A DNA stretch of 51,895 nt from assembly GCF_001194135.2 (NCBI RefSeq), contig NC_068981.1, forward strand, positions 47,793,445-47,845,339, in the 5' to 3' direction. Below, one piece after another: positions 1 to 12,304 of this stretch (position 1 is the first letter of the stretch; the number at the start of each line of letters is the position of its first letter). The notes under the pieces are model-generated. The model was given only the letters and a program-made list of their open reading frames with translations, had not been told where the DNA came from and ran no database searches. The translations under genes were made by a program, and so were the position numbers. The stretch comes from Octopus bimaculoides (taxonomy: Eukaryota).

Positions 1-67
1 ATAGATATATAGATAGATAGATATAGATATATATATATATCTAGATATGTATATATATATATGTCTG

Positions 68-103
<36 letters not shown>

Positions 104-326
104 TGTGTGTGTGTGTTTGTCCCCGCTATCTAACATCGCTTGACAACCGATGCTGATGTGTTTACGTCTCCGTTAACTAGCGGTTCGGCAAAAGAATCCG
201 ATAAAATAAGTACAAGGCTTACAAAGAATAAGTCCTGCCTGACGTCGATTTGCTCGACTAAAGGCGGTGCTCCAGCATGGCCACGGTCAAATGACTGAAA
301 CAAGTAAAAGAGAGTAAAAGAGAGTA
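1..326 (+). mobile_element. 3' part of a tRNA-derived composite SINE (microsatellite spacer plus conserved tail)
   Basis: (GATA/TA/GT)n is followed by catcgcttgacaaccgatgctg...ggcggtgctccagcatggccac...gaaacaagtaaaagagag. The same tail occurs inverted at about 6998-7150. Confidence 0.8.
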
Positions 327-527
327 ATCTTTGATAATAATAAGAAGAAAATTAAGAGAAACAGTTTTCAAGAAAGTATTTTTAAGAAAGTAATCAGAAC
401 AGGGCTCCAAAAAGTATTTTGAGTTCAATAAAAATCATATATATACACAGGAGATATATTTAAGAATTTCCACAAAATTGTAGAGGAATAACTGACCTGT
501 CTTTCTGCCATTTTGTCTTGCGTGTAG

Positions 528-1264
528 CTAAGGAATGTTTGCTATTTTAAGAGACAGTGTGGGTTGTTGGTTGGGGGGAGGAAGAGCAATGTGAAATCAA
601 GTGGATTTTTTTTGTTTCTGGGCTAGTCTGTCATGGTTCAGTGGTTTTGGGGACTGGTCTTAGAGGTGAGAACGGTGTGAGTGTGTGTGTGTTTCTCTAT
701 GCACCTCTCTATGTGTGTGTATATATACATGTGCTTCTGTCTTATATTTGGTAGGATGGTGTATGTATATGTTTACACGTTTGTGCGTGTGTATGTGTGT
801 GATTAGAATGTATTAGGGTGTTGTTTGTACGCATGTGTGTGAATGTTTTTTCGAGTGTGTGTATGTTTGCGTGTGTGTGTATGTATGTTTGTGGTTTTGC
901 GTTGGTGGGGTTGTTATGTGTGTGTACGTGAGTGTGTGCGTGTATCTGAGTATGTATGTGTTGTTATACTGTCCTAGTGGTGTGTGTCTGTGTGTGTGAT
1001 TAGTATTTGTCAGGGTGTTTATGTGTGCGCATGTGTGTGTATGTGTTTGTTCACGTGTGTGTATGTGTGTGTTTGTGTGCGTGCGTGTGTATGTTTGTGT
1101 GTGTATGTGTGTGTTTGTGTGCGTGGGTGTGTATGTTTGTGTGTGTTTGTGTTGGCGGGGATATTATGTATGTGTATGTAAGTGTGTATGTACGTGAGTG
1201 TGTGTGTGTATGTGTGTGTGTGTTGTTATAATTCTCCTGGTGGTATGTATGTGTGTGAGGGGGC

Positions 1265-1324
<60 letters not shown>

Positions 1325-2943
1325 GTCCGTATGTGTTGCGTTTATCCGGGTGGTGTGTATGTGTGTACATGTGTGTGTGTGCTGTATATGTGAGTGATGT
1401 TGTTTTGTTTGTGTTGCTAGTGTATGTGTATACGTATAGGAGTGTTTCTGTGAGTGTGTGTTTGTGCGTGTACTTGTTATTCGTAAGTCTTTGTGATTTC
1501 GTAAATATAACTAATTAAAATTTATCCAAAGACACACCCGCAAACTTTTTATGATACTGTATTTACTGAAGTATTCTAGTGACCAACCACCTGTTGTCCG
1601 CAATGGAATTGACCAAAGTCCAACCATTTCTACAATTGGTCAGTTACGCTTAAAACCAAGGGCAAGGTAAGAGCGTTACAGGGGTAGACGTGTATCCCTA
1701 AACTGGGCACTTTTATGTGTGTGATGCTGTGTCACATATATGTATGTTTTATGTCATAGACCTGGAGAGAGGCATGAGGTGGTTGAGTGGTGGCAAAATA
1801 GGAGGGTGTTGAGAGAAAGGTGCAGGCATGGTTTTGTGGTTAAGAAGCTCGCTCTGCAACAACGTGGTTACGGGTTCTTTTGCAATACGTGGCATTTCTA
1901 CTACAGCCCTGGGTCGTCCAGTAACATGTGAGACAATTGGTTTGACGAAATCTATGTCCAAGTCTTTCCCAGTAATATATTTATGTGTGTGTGCGCGCGC
2001 GTTTGTGTGTGTGGGTTTGTCTCTCAGTCTTGACAAGTTTTGTCTATTTACATTGCCGTAACTTATCTGTTCAGCAAACTATACCGATAAGATAAGTACC
2101 ACATAAACAAAAAATCACGTGATACATGTCTGCGTGTGCGCGCATACGTACGTATTTGTTTGCGTGTAAGAATATAACCGCTTTAGTTACGTTTACAAAC
2201 TTGCATATGGGTGCTTGTTAATATTTACATTTAGAAATATCCTGTCTGTAATTAGATTTCAACTGTATACAAAAGCCGAGTACAAAAGATACAGTATATA
2301 AGATGAATATGTTGTTATTCAATATACACTTGAAAGGGCCAGCATAAGAGAGAGTTATGAAAGGTTTTGCTTGCATATTGAAAAACTACTAAATATATAT
2401 TTCAGCACATTTATATTTTATTTCACAGCAGTCCATGTTTCAAAACAGTTAGATTCGAAGCACAGACACAATGTGTCAAGTGAATAAAGAAAAATTCATT
2501 CTAAGAATTACATTTGTGAAAGCGAATAGTAAATAGAGTTAAACACGTATGCATGTAGTTTGTAGCATTGAATTAAAGGATCACTGTATGAATGTTCTGT
2601 AACGTTTTCTTTACTTCTATAGAGAGACTTGAAAGAGTAACTTCATAATTATGCCATGATACTGAAGATAAAGATTATAATATAATTGTTCATACAAGGC
2701 CAATATATATTGTACACATGTTCAAAAATAAGTGACAAGTGGAATTTCGCGAGAAAATCAATTTCATTTTTAGTGGGGGGGGGGGTCTTTTTCTTTGTTT
2801 TATCCTTTTTTGTGTGTTTGTTATAAGCTATTATATTATTGTCAGCAATCTGTAAATATAAAACAAATAAATAATAGTTGGCTGCTATAATGAAGTACAT
2901 CCTGTCTTTTCAGGTGTCACCAATTCAGCAAGTAGTGATCTAA
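528..2943 (+). CDS. 3' end of an unidentified multi-exon protein-coding gene; exons 528-556, 1580-1666, 2256-2293, 2429-2479, 2623-2636, 2914-2943
   Basis: Six AG/GT-flanked segments have chained compatible phases (0-2, 2-2, 2-1, 1-1, 1-0, 0-stop). They splice into [82 protein letters not shown]. The protein was not recognised. Confidence 0.65.
690..1480. repeat. Degenerate (GT)n/(TA)n low-complexity tract
   Basis: Directly visible; it explains the CV/HT-rich spurious ORFs here. Confidence 0.95.
1817..1935 (+). mobile_element. Decayed tRNA-derived SINE head
   Basis: aggtgcaggcatggttttgtggttaagaagctcgct...gggttc matches the SINE head found inverted at 7200-7368 and 50600-50750. Confidence 0.65.
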
Positions 2944-3609
2944 TTTGAAGCTGACTGAATTTTTTCTTGACATTTTAATTGAATTTTAACGCCGAAGAAA
3001 AATGGAAAAAAACGATTTTTCGAGCAAATTAAGAATAGGTGTGTGTGCGCGCGTGTGTGTATGTGCGTTTGTGTGTATCTACCTATATGTATAAGCGAAT
3101 GTAGAATTAATTTTTTTATGCGTATCACAGTTTTGGCGTATACATGTAAAAAATGCAATGCAAACGAACTTACATACGTTAGCATTCAATCACAGACACG
3201 TTTTTATTCAATGAAGTATGAATAACCCAAGAGGAATACCTGTTTAAATTAGGTTTTAATTTACGGAACGTTTCAATGACATCGAGAAGTACTATTGTAG
3301 ATATAGTTCCTAGATTTTTTATTGCAGCTAGGTTGCTAGAAATTGCAGAATATCGCCGAGTTTCACTAAGTATTTCTATTATTATGAAGGCCTTATGCAC
3401 ATTCCAATGATAATGTCTTCTCTAGAACTCTAGAACTGTAGATAACATTTATAACAATGTATTAATATTTTAACTTTTATCATTTAAAAAAACTTTACTT
3501 TTAGGTTACAAATAGATAAATTGATAACATGTGTTGTAACTCATCATTTCAGACAATGCGGTGCTCAAGGTGCATATACTGTTTATTACTTTGTAGTGCA
3601 TCAGCAGTT

Positions 3610-6181
3610 TGCACCGTAGATGAACCATCAAGATTAGAAGTAGAAGCATCAATGCATTATGAGAAACATTGATACATCTAAGCTGAAACAATCTCATCGT
3701 TATAATCTTCATCTATATTGGAAACATATCTTGAGAGGGTAAAATCTACTAGCTATACAATCTTCACAGTCATTGCAGTAAGACTCTTTCTCCGAATTAT
3801 ATAATTTTTCTTCAGCTCCTTCGTAAAACCTGCTGTAAATGTAATTACAAGTAGTAAATGTGTTTCTTGTGTAACTCTAACATTTAGTTCTTTGGTTCAA
3901 ATAAGTTTCAGAAATATGCCGGTTATGAAGAATCCTGACACATTTCGTCTCGTATGTGTCAGGTGTCTATCTGAAGAGGTATAACGTAATGATGAACAAT
4001 GTAGACTGCGAATACAGGGTGTTCGAGCTAAATATAGAACACAATATCCAATCCAAAACTAAAAGTTTTTAAAACGTCAAACGATATCAAAAAAGATTAT
4101 ACCTGAAAGATAATAGTTTATTCATAATAGATATACTCAACGGACGTCATTTCCTCAAGATGGTTCTAGACATTAGAGTATACGTTCTTCAGTGTATTTC
4201 TGGGAAGATCTTTGAGCATATCTTTAATCTTGGCCACCAGTTCAAACTCTGTGCTGCAAGCAGAACGGTTGATGACTTTCTCAATCACGCCCTGCTCAGA
4301 ACAATTCGTAAAATTGCAAATGGTGAAGTCATAGAAAATCTTCGCCTACAACAACTGACTCCATCCAAAGGAAAGGTGAGGAGCCGAATCTTGCTACCGC
4401 ACGTTATTGTCTTACAACTGGAACCGTTTCTAGCCAGTGATTGACCAGAATTGTATGTGAAGAATCAGGTGTTAAAGATACCCAATCAAGATTTTAACGC
4501 CGCGTTTCGTGTTAAAATCAAATGATCTTATGCTAAATTAAATAAAACCTGAAGCGTAATGCTGGTATCGTACTGTCCATAAATTGAAAGTCGTATATAC
4601 ATGCAATTAGCGAAACTATCGGACATTTTGAAATGATAGGACGGCGTAAGCACGCGCGCGCACACACACACACACACACATACACACACACATACACATA
4701 CACACACAAACATACACACACATACACACATACATGCACACACATATGTATTACAAAGCAATGTTTGCTGCTGAATTTCAGTAATCCCTTGACATATCGC
4801 GGTTCACGTATCGTGGGTTATTATTTAAGCATACGTCCATTATTTCGTGTTGTTGGTTTGAATTTATAATAGAATAAGTATATAAAATTATAAAAATAAT
4901 AAAAAGAATATACAGTACAGTACTGTTTCTACTTCGCGGATTTTCAGATATCGTTTGTAACGTAGCACCAGCGATAGTCGAGGAATTACTGCATTTCATT
5001 AAAATTTACTCCTGAAAATTGGCCAGCCGAAAATCCTTTCCTAAATAAAAGAACATTTGTGTGTGTTTTGATAGTTACCTATATAAGACTAATCACTGCA
5101 GTATTCAATAGATTGTATTTTGTCTCAATCGCTCAAAACGTACATATTTCCATATACGAGAGCGGATTTATGAGCAACGAATTTTTGTGTGAGATGGACA
5201 TTTTTACAAAGTTTTAATAGTTTTTACCTATTTTTATCACTTCGTGATATGACTGTGAGAGTAAAACTATTTTCAACACACAAAATATTCCAACAAAGTT
5301 CTACATTGATATAGTATGCATTGGGGGATGTTTGGTTACTGAAGTTATATGACGCTGTCAAGTTTTTTTGTTTTCTTTTCTTTTTGTGTTATAGAACCAC
5401 AGATATAGTCTATTGAATAAAAGATGCAGTCTCCATTTCCTATGAGACACAAGATTATAAAGCATTGTACACTGAAGTTGTAGAAGTATATATGGACACA
5501 CATTTTCGTTGAAAGTTTAAGAATATAAAACTGAGTTTTTCTTCTGAAGCATCTTTAAGTCTTTTTTATAGTTCAAGTATATATGATTAATTAATCACAT
5601 CGAATACGTCCGTGGTAAAACAGTATTGTGTTTTTTTTTATTTTCTAATTTCCATTCTCATATTACTTTGACTATATAATGCAGTGACTAAAACATTAAA
5701 AGCTATTTCAACACAAAAACTTACATTGGAAAAATACAAATTGCATATGATTTTTCTGCAGCATTTACTTCACGTTAGTGTAATTTATTTCAAAATACCA
5801 TCATAGTTTGTTGATAGTTCATGGCATTCAAAATTGACTAATATCTTCAGTATCAGGAAGAATCTAATAGCTTTGTCTGAAAACATTAAACATACGAACT
5901 CTTCTCTATTTAGTTACCAACCTTGTCATTGTGTCTTACGTTCATGTTTGGTATAACACAAATCGAATATAACAAATCCCGAAACTATATTTCCGTTGGA
6001 ATCATCACCAATCATATCACAATCACAGTGTAGTAATTACAGTAATTATAAACTTACAAAGGACAATAATGGATGCCTTTCGTTGTGCTTGTATCGATTA
6101 ACTCACCGAGATAACATTATCAGGTAATGAAAATAACACATACGGAAAAACCTGGCATAGGTGCATGTAAACATTATCCAT
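3610..6181 (-). pseudogene. Unit U1: two-exon secreted Cys-rich protein pseudogene (signal exon 6181-6107, mature exon 3966 to about 3610)
   Basis: MDNVYMHLCQVFPYVLFSLPDNVIS ends at a phase-0 gtgagt donor. Acceptor cttcagatag precedes TPDTYETKCVRILHNRHISETYLNQRTKC*SYTRNTFTTCNY...YCNDCEDCIASRFYPLKICFQY. Frameshifts then lead to DEDYN and a hydrophobic tail NALMLLLLILMVHL. Confidence 0.55.
4013..4630 (-). mobile_element. Decayed Tc1/mariner-superfamily (maT-like) transposon 3' fragment, inside the U1 intron
   Basis: TIR-like end tacagggtgtt at 4013. The minus-strand peptide EKVINRSACSTEFELVAKIKDMLKDLPRNTLKNVYS resembles maT/DD37D transposase C-termini. Confidence 0.6.
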
Positions 6182-6496
6182 ATAAATAACAATTCACATT
6201 TGCAACTAATTTCGGTTCTACAAATTAGATTTTCTCACTATTCAAATATAAATGGAATTTGTTTAGAGCAGTATCAATTACATCGTAACTTAGTGTAAAT
6301 ATGTGTTTAAGGCGAATCATATTTTACGTAGAGTATTTATCCGATTTCCAAATATGTATTTTATCTTATGGGTGTGCAAAAATATTATTCAGTTATAATT
6401 GGGACTGTTTTATTATTTTAGGTAACACGCCAAGAATATATTTGTGAGAGGTTATCTAACACAAAAACATACGCACACACATACATACACGTGCAC

Positions 6497-6527
<31 letters not shown>

Positions 6528-6558
6528 ACACACACACACAAACACACACATATACACA

Positions 6559-6592
<34 letters not shown>

Positions 6593-6997
6593 NNNNNNNN
6601 NNNNNNNNNNNNNNNNNNNNNNNNNNNNNNNNNNNNNNNNNNNNNNNNNNNNNNNNNNNNNNNNNNNNNNNNNNNNNNNNNNNNNNNNNNNNNNNNNNNN
6701 NNNNNNNNNNNNNNNNNNNNNNNNNNNNNNNNNNNNNNNNNNNNNNNNNNNNNNNNNNNTATACACATGAGGTGTTGTTTGGTTTCAGTATGTATTTATG
6801 TAAGAACGTATGCATTAAAGAATTGCAACTTTGGAGACAATCGATAAAATGGCAGCACAACTGTTTACTTCACGTATAGACTCGTTATTTGGTGTCAACT
6901 GTGTCGTTGCTTAATGTGCGTTAAAAATAGTTACGGTGGAAGAGACACAGATAAACTCACTCAAGGTTTAATTTTTTTCTATTTTATATAGGACGAG

Positions 6998-7368
6998 CAT
7001 CCTATGGCCATGCTGGAGCACCGCATTTAGTCGAGCAAATCGACCCCAGGACTTATTCTTTGTAAGCCTAGTACTTATTCTATCGCATCTCTTTTGCTGA
7101 ACTGCTAACTTACAGGGACGTAAACCCAACAGCAACGGTTGTCAAGCGATGTTGGAGGACAAACACAGATACACACACATACATACATATGTATATACAT
7201 ATAAACGACGGACTTCTTTCAGTTTCCATCAACCAAATCCACTCACAAGGCTTTGGTCGGCCCGAGGCTATAGTTGAAGACACCTGCCCAAGGTGCCACG
7301 TAGTGGGACTGAACCCGGAACCATGTGGTTGGTAAGCAAGCTACTTACCACACAGCCTCTCCTACGCC
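6998..7368 (-). mobile_element. Full-length tRNA-derived composite SINE
   Basis: The tRNA-like head (ggcgtaggagaggctgtgtggtaagtagc...ccgggttcagtccc), the microsatellite spacer and the same tail as 115-326 are all present. Confidence 0.85.
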
Positions 7369-7652
7369 TACGTTAACAATATTAAATTAAATTAAATACA
7401 AAAGAAGAAAGAATAGAAAAAAAAGTAGGTATAAACACATGATCAAATAAATAAAAACAAATTAAACGGACGTGTATAAACAGGGGATACATATAATGTA
7501 GGCACTCCCCCCACACACACGCACTTACTAAATATATACACACATACGGGTAAACGCATGCGCAAATAAAGACACATACAATAGGAATACAACATGATTG
7601 ATCGTTAGTAAGGAAGGACACACAAATAAGAAAGAAGAAAGCAAAGGACCAC

Positions 7653-8040
7653 TCATGATGTCACAGAAGTGTGACGAAAGAACTCTGACTGAAATACGAT
7701 TAATGTAAAAAATAAAATAAAGCTGAAGCAAATTGACGCCAAATATATAGTGCGTGTGTTTTTATTGGCTAAACTGGCAACAAGAACATCCCTAAATACA
7801 ACAATATCTGTTTCAGCACACGATTTCACATCAAGAATCTTGCAAAACGAATGGAGAAACGTAATATATATAAGTGTATGTTTACAGACATTCTGTAGAA
7901 TTTAGGCCAGCACTGAAAATTATTACCTTTCGTGTACGAATAAGTCTTTGTAGACAATGCATTCTGATATACAAAATAGCTAGTGGGTGTATATTCATAT
8001 TCTAGACGTCATTGCTATTTGTTCAGCACCACATTCAACA
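7653..8040 (-). pseudogene. Unit U2: frameshifted Cys-rich exon with a C-terminal hydrophobic (GPI/TM-like) tail
   Basis: About 80-codon open frame NVCKHTLIYITFLHSFCKILDVKSCAETD...IYLASICFSFILFFTLIVFQSEFF..*. Upstream frames give ECIVYK and ALSTKTYSYTKGNNFQC. 7811-7844 is 30/34 identical to 9572-9605. Confidence 0.5.
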
Positions 8041-8077
8041 CATTAGCTCTGGACACATACGTTACTTAAATACCTAT

Positions 8078-8402
8078 TAAGTTTAGCAGTTTAACACTGT
8101 TGGATAATCCAATTTACATACTAAACATATTCCTGGCAACTGGTACCTACATACTATTTGCTATTAGGTTTAGCGTTTTTCATGTTATAACCATCATATG
8201 ATTCCACGTATACAAAGGCTTTATAAGTCAATTGTGTGTCCTTTTAATTTGTTTTATAAAGCTTTAATGTACATAGTAGTATAATTTAGGTGCGACGGTA
8301 AGTACGGTAAACCTGACAGCAATTAATATGTAGCTACCAGTTGCCAGGAATATGTTTTATATGTAAATTGGTCAAAGCAACAGTGTTACGCTGCTAAACT
8401 TA
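8078..8402. mobile_element. MITE-like inverted repeat (about 95-bp arms, 135-bp spacer)
   Basis: 8078-8172 is the reverse complement of 8308-8402 at roughly 85% identity by eye, with a further short stem inside the spacer. Confidence 0.75.
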
Positions 8403-8558
8403 GTGGCTATTTTAAGCAATGTGTATCTGGATAATTAATTGGATGTTTCTAGTGTTGACGAATCACACCCGAATATGCATACACACCAATTACCTGTTTT
8501 TCTATCACTGATTACCTTATTTATATGGGCGTACTCACATAGGAACCATTATAATTTT

Positions 8559-9024
8559 CTATGTTAAGGTATACGAAAATCTGAAGAAATTCACTTTAAG
8601 AAATGTAAACAATGCACTGCTAATGCATAATAGGACATAGCATTGACTTATAAAGCAGTAATATACTTGGTAGTACATTTTAGGGTTGCAAAAATAATAC
8701 GGTAGCCTAATATTTACTTTCAGAGTATAAGTAACTGTCTACTTCGATTAATCGGATTTTGCATAGTCAATCTTGTTATATATTTTTAAAAATACTTTCT
8801 TCTCACTCACTTGGTCTTTTCTTCATCATCTTGCTGAATCAACCGTTTCTTTTATTTTCTCAGAAATTCAGTTACTTCAATAATTCTCACTTAGACTTGT
8901 ATTATTAATGTCACTTTGACTGCACATAGTACACAATGCCGCTACTAAAAAAAGAAAGAAAAGTATTCTTCGAAATACAATAAATATCCCACAAAGTTTT
9001 ATCATTGTGAGTGCAAGCCTGGCT
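8559..9024 (-). pseudogene. Unit U3: single-frame decayed signal peptide + Cys-rich ORF (ATG 9005, 148 codons, 6 internal stops)
   Basis: Acceptor tttctttaccacag precedes MIKLCGIFIVFRRILFFLFLVAALCTMCSQSDINNTSL. The same frame ends PYYFCNPKMYYQVYYCFISQCYVLLCISSALFTFLKVNFF. Confidence 0.5.
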
Positions 9025-9174
9025 CTGTGGTAAAGAAACTCATTTTGGAACCATTTGGTTTCTAATTCATTTTCAGTGCGTGATTTCTGAGGCAAGTTTC
9101 TGCTACAGCCGCTGACTAATAAATCATTTGTGAGAGAATTTGATAGGAGCAAACTATGTAGAAGGCTATCAGGT

Positions 9175-9390
9175 ATGTATATATTTATGTATCTGTGTCT
9201 TTGTTTTCGTATCCCACCCACCAGCATGTCCCTTGACAACCAATGTTAATTAGTTGATGCCCTCGTAACATAGCAGTTCCACAAAAACAAACTGATTAAA
9301 ATAAGAAGCAAACTTTTATAATATTAGTACTGGAATCGATTTCTTTAAACAAACACTTGAAGGTGGGGCCCCGGCATGTCCGTAGCCTTA
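9175..9390 (+). mobile_element. Highly decayed SINE tail
   Basis: cttgacaaccaatg...gtaacatagcagttc...ggtggggccccggcatg is similar to the 115-326 tail. Confidence 0.5.
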
Positions 9391-9421
9391 TGAGTAATAT
9401 ACGCAAAATACATTATTGGAG

Positions 9422-9567
9422 TACAATTAAACCTTGGGAGAGGCATTATGCCGGTAATAAACACACGCAGTGGTTCAGTCCTTTATTAATTTATAAGCAG
9501 TATTTAGTTGTTGTCTTTTTGTGTGTGTTTATTACCGGCATAATACCTCTCCCAAGGTTTAATTGTA
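9422..9567. repeat. Near-perfect 45-bp inverted repeat (44/45) with a 56-nt loop
   Basis: 9422-9466 is the reverse complement of 9523-9567 except C9444 versus A9545. Confidence 0.95.
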
Positions 9568-10555
9568 TTTCTTTCAACACACGTATCCACATCAAGAATC
9601 TTGCACACCAAATACACATACGAAACATTATTGGAGTGCTATCCATTTTAAGTGTAAGAAACTATATTTTTATCTAAAGATTCTCCTAGAGTATGTTTCA
9701 CCTTTTATTGCGAACCAAATATTCTTGGGTATGAAAATGAGCTTTTGAACTTAGACACATCTCTTATATATGCATTTTTAAATTCCTGTGGATTCTAAGT
9801 AGACTGCTTTTAACAAAAACGTGTAATATTATTGTTCATTATTATAATAACATAAAAAAAGATAATTTACATAAATTAATGACGTCTTAATATGGCGCCT
9901 GATGAATTGTGCTGTGTTGTTAACTACTTGTAGGTATTCGAATATATTTGATTTTCTTCAAAGAGAAATTATATAACTTAATGGTACTCTGTGAGGTTGT
10001 ATTAATATCCTACACATGATTACTTTAACTGAAAGAATTGTTTGTTCTGTTTATATATATATATGCATGTATGTATGTATGTATGTATGTACGTACGTAC
10101 GTATGTATGTATGTATGTATGTATGTATGTATGTATGTATGTACGCGTGTGTGTGTTTTCAACATTATATGCATTCTACGCAACCATGTAGATTTTGCTG
10201 ACATGTATAAAATAAACTTAAGAAGTTACCGTATCAATACACAAAATATGTCTTGTACTAATCTTCTATTAGACTTCATTTTACTTTACGGTTCCCCTAC
10301 AGTTATCTAACGTGTTACATTGGTACAATTTAAAGACAAAATTATTAATGTAACTACCGATGTCGAAATGAATAGCGAGCTGTTATTTAATCTTGCTTGC
10401 AGCATTCAAAAATATGAAACATCTTGTAGGTAGGTCATATCCTTTTGAAACTGTATTCATGGACTCACAGCAAGACATTCATGAAAACACATAGTAAAAT
10501 ATATCAAAATGAAGATACTGCCGGTAAATCTCAGCAGTGAACCGTAATCTATTTT
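9490..10555 (-). pseudogene. Unit U4: signal exon 10555-10469 (start codon ATA) plus decayed Cys-rich exon about 9780-9490
   Basis: ttcag|AAA ATA GAT... reads (I)DYGSLLRFTGSIFILIYFTMCFHECLA with a phase-0 gtgagt donor. Downstream KCIYKRC and VYLVCKILDVDTCVERNTIKPWERYYAG are homologous to U2. Confidence 0.5.
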
Positions 10556-10999
10556 CTGAAATCATTTAATTAACCAGAGGAAATATTTATGGTTGAGTTA
10601 ATTTGCGTTTCTATGAAACTTTCAGAATATTACTTTAGACTGGTTTAGGCTACGCACAAAAAAAAAAAAAAAAAAAAAAAAAAAACAGCAGTTGTATAGG
10701 AAATAAAACATAATTGCAGATTAGATTTAAAGAAAATGATGATGCTTGAAAGAAATGCGATGATGTATGATTTAGGATTTTATCATATATTTGCATTCAA
10801 TAGTTTGTATATTTCATTTTTTTATGATATTAAATTTATTATCAGTAACATTTGGCGCACTGAGTGGTACAAAGCCGTCCACAAGAGATCATGTGGAGAA
10901 CCATTTTAGCCGAGTAAGCTTTATGCTAATTTATTGTAGATTATAGAAAATTTTGATACCTATTAGCTCACTGAGTTGCGGACACTTAAGACATTGTGA

Positions 11000-11400
11000 A
11001 TGATATTCCGTTATGTCTGAAATTACTTGAAACCTTATTACTACTTACACTGATTTTCTCTAAATTCGTGAACAATATTCGAAATTTGATCTGCACTCCT
11101 GAACATTATTACTATTACAGCCCGGAGCACATTTGGTAGATGATAAGTGTTCCACTGTACTAATCTTCCGTGAAAATCTTCACCCTTTTTCAATTCTTTA
11201 GAATGTTTTGCTCCTCTCAGACAAATATTCCCTTGATCACATTTTGTCCTCTCCCAAAATTCTCTGTTTCTAAAGACAAATTGTCAGAAATGTTAAGATA
11301 TTCCACAGTCACTTCGACTAATTGTGTGTTAAAAATAATGACATGTATGTCAAATGTTCATCTGCTTCTGTTAATCTTTGCAGTATTTATTGACCATATA
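11000..11400 (-). pseudogene. Unit U5: frameshifted Cys-rich exon
   Basis: NREFWERTKCDQGNICLRG is followed, after a frameshift, by EHLSSTKCAPGCNSNNVQECRSNFEYCSRI*. It shares RTKC with U1 and STK-x-GC with U7. Confidence 0.5.
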
Positions 11401-11424
11401 ATGTGGAAGGTTTGCAGAAGTGTT

Positions 11425-11610
11425 AACACACCGTGCAAAAATGTTTAGCGGCATTTCGTCTGCGTTTACGATGTGTTCAAATTCGGCCGTGAACAGCATT
11501 GCCTGTCATTCTTTTGTGTAGATAAAAGAAGTACCATTTGAGCACTGCAGTGGATGAAATCACGTTACCCCCTCCCCACAAATTTCTGGTCGTCTGCAAA
11601 AATTTGAAAC
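11425..11610 (+). mobile_element. Decayed SINE of a second family (family name unverified)
   Basis: aatgtttagcggcatttcgtc...ttcaaattcggccg...ccctccccacaaattt recurs at 12305-12490, 37945-38090 and 41425-41640. Confidence 0.6.
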
Positions 11611-12304
11611 AAATATGTTTTCATGTTGAATGGAACGCATTCACTGGCCTCCTTTAGTTTCGACCTCGAAATACATTGATCAACATTATGAATCATCACG
11701 TTATATGACATTTATATCATTTTGAATATTATTTTGGACTGAACTACTCATCCCTTACTATGTTATTTTTTTTCTTTGCATTTTTCTTTCGAAATTTCTT
11801 TCTCTTTTCATTTTCTTACTTTTCACTTTCTAGGACCCTTTCCACCTGAACCCATTTCCTAACCTCGTTTTTATATTTCTCTTGCATCTCACCTCTAATT
11901 CTCCTTTTGTTTTTTTTTTTCCTGAACAGTACTTAGCATTCAAAAGTTGTAAAACATACTAGTCTTTACACTCCTCAAGAGTTTACCTACTACCCCCATC
12001 GTCCATATTACATATTTAAAATTTAAACAAACTTCTTCCAACTTCATTGTACCGAATTATATTGTATAATCTCTCTCTCTATTTCATGATGGAATATTTT
12101 TCCGAGATCTGTTTTTTTCTTGGAATAGTTTTTCTTTTCTCCCTAGTAATTTTTAATCAGCTGTTCTCATCACTTCATTTCCTAGTGCTTATAGCCATTT
12201 TTATTTCTCATCTCTCTCACCCAATATTTCTTCTTCATTTCCGAAAAAAAAAAGATTAACATATGAAACATTACTTGCGTCTAAATACAATATTACTTCT
12301 CAAA

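Noticed and set aside
557-1518. ORFs rich in CV/HT/YI and ORFs spanning N runs throughout the window
   Set aside because: They are translations of (GT)n, (CA)n, (TA)n, (ATT)n microsatellites or of assembly gaps.
1760-1820. In-phase candidate exon [19 protein letters not shown]
   Set aside because: The sequence is purine-rich and low-complexity, and its donor is supplied by the SINE head. The gene model is in frame without it, though alternative use cannot be excluded.
4160-4444. 94-aa plus-strand ORF
   Set aside because: It is the antisense of the transposase remnant.
9030-9060. WFQN homeodomain-like motif in ORF 8877-9239
   Set aside because: No other homeodomain residues are present, and it lies in the intron/acceptor region.
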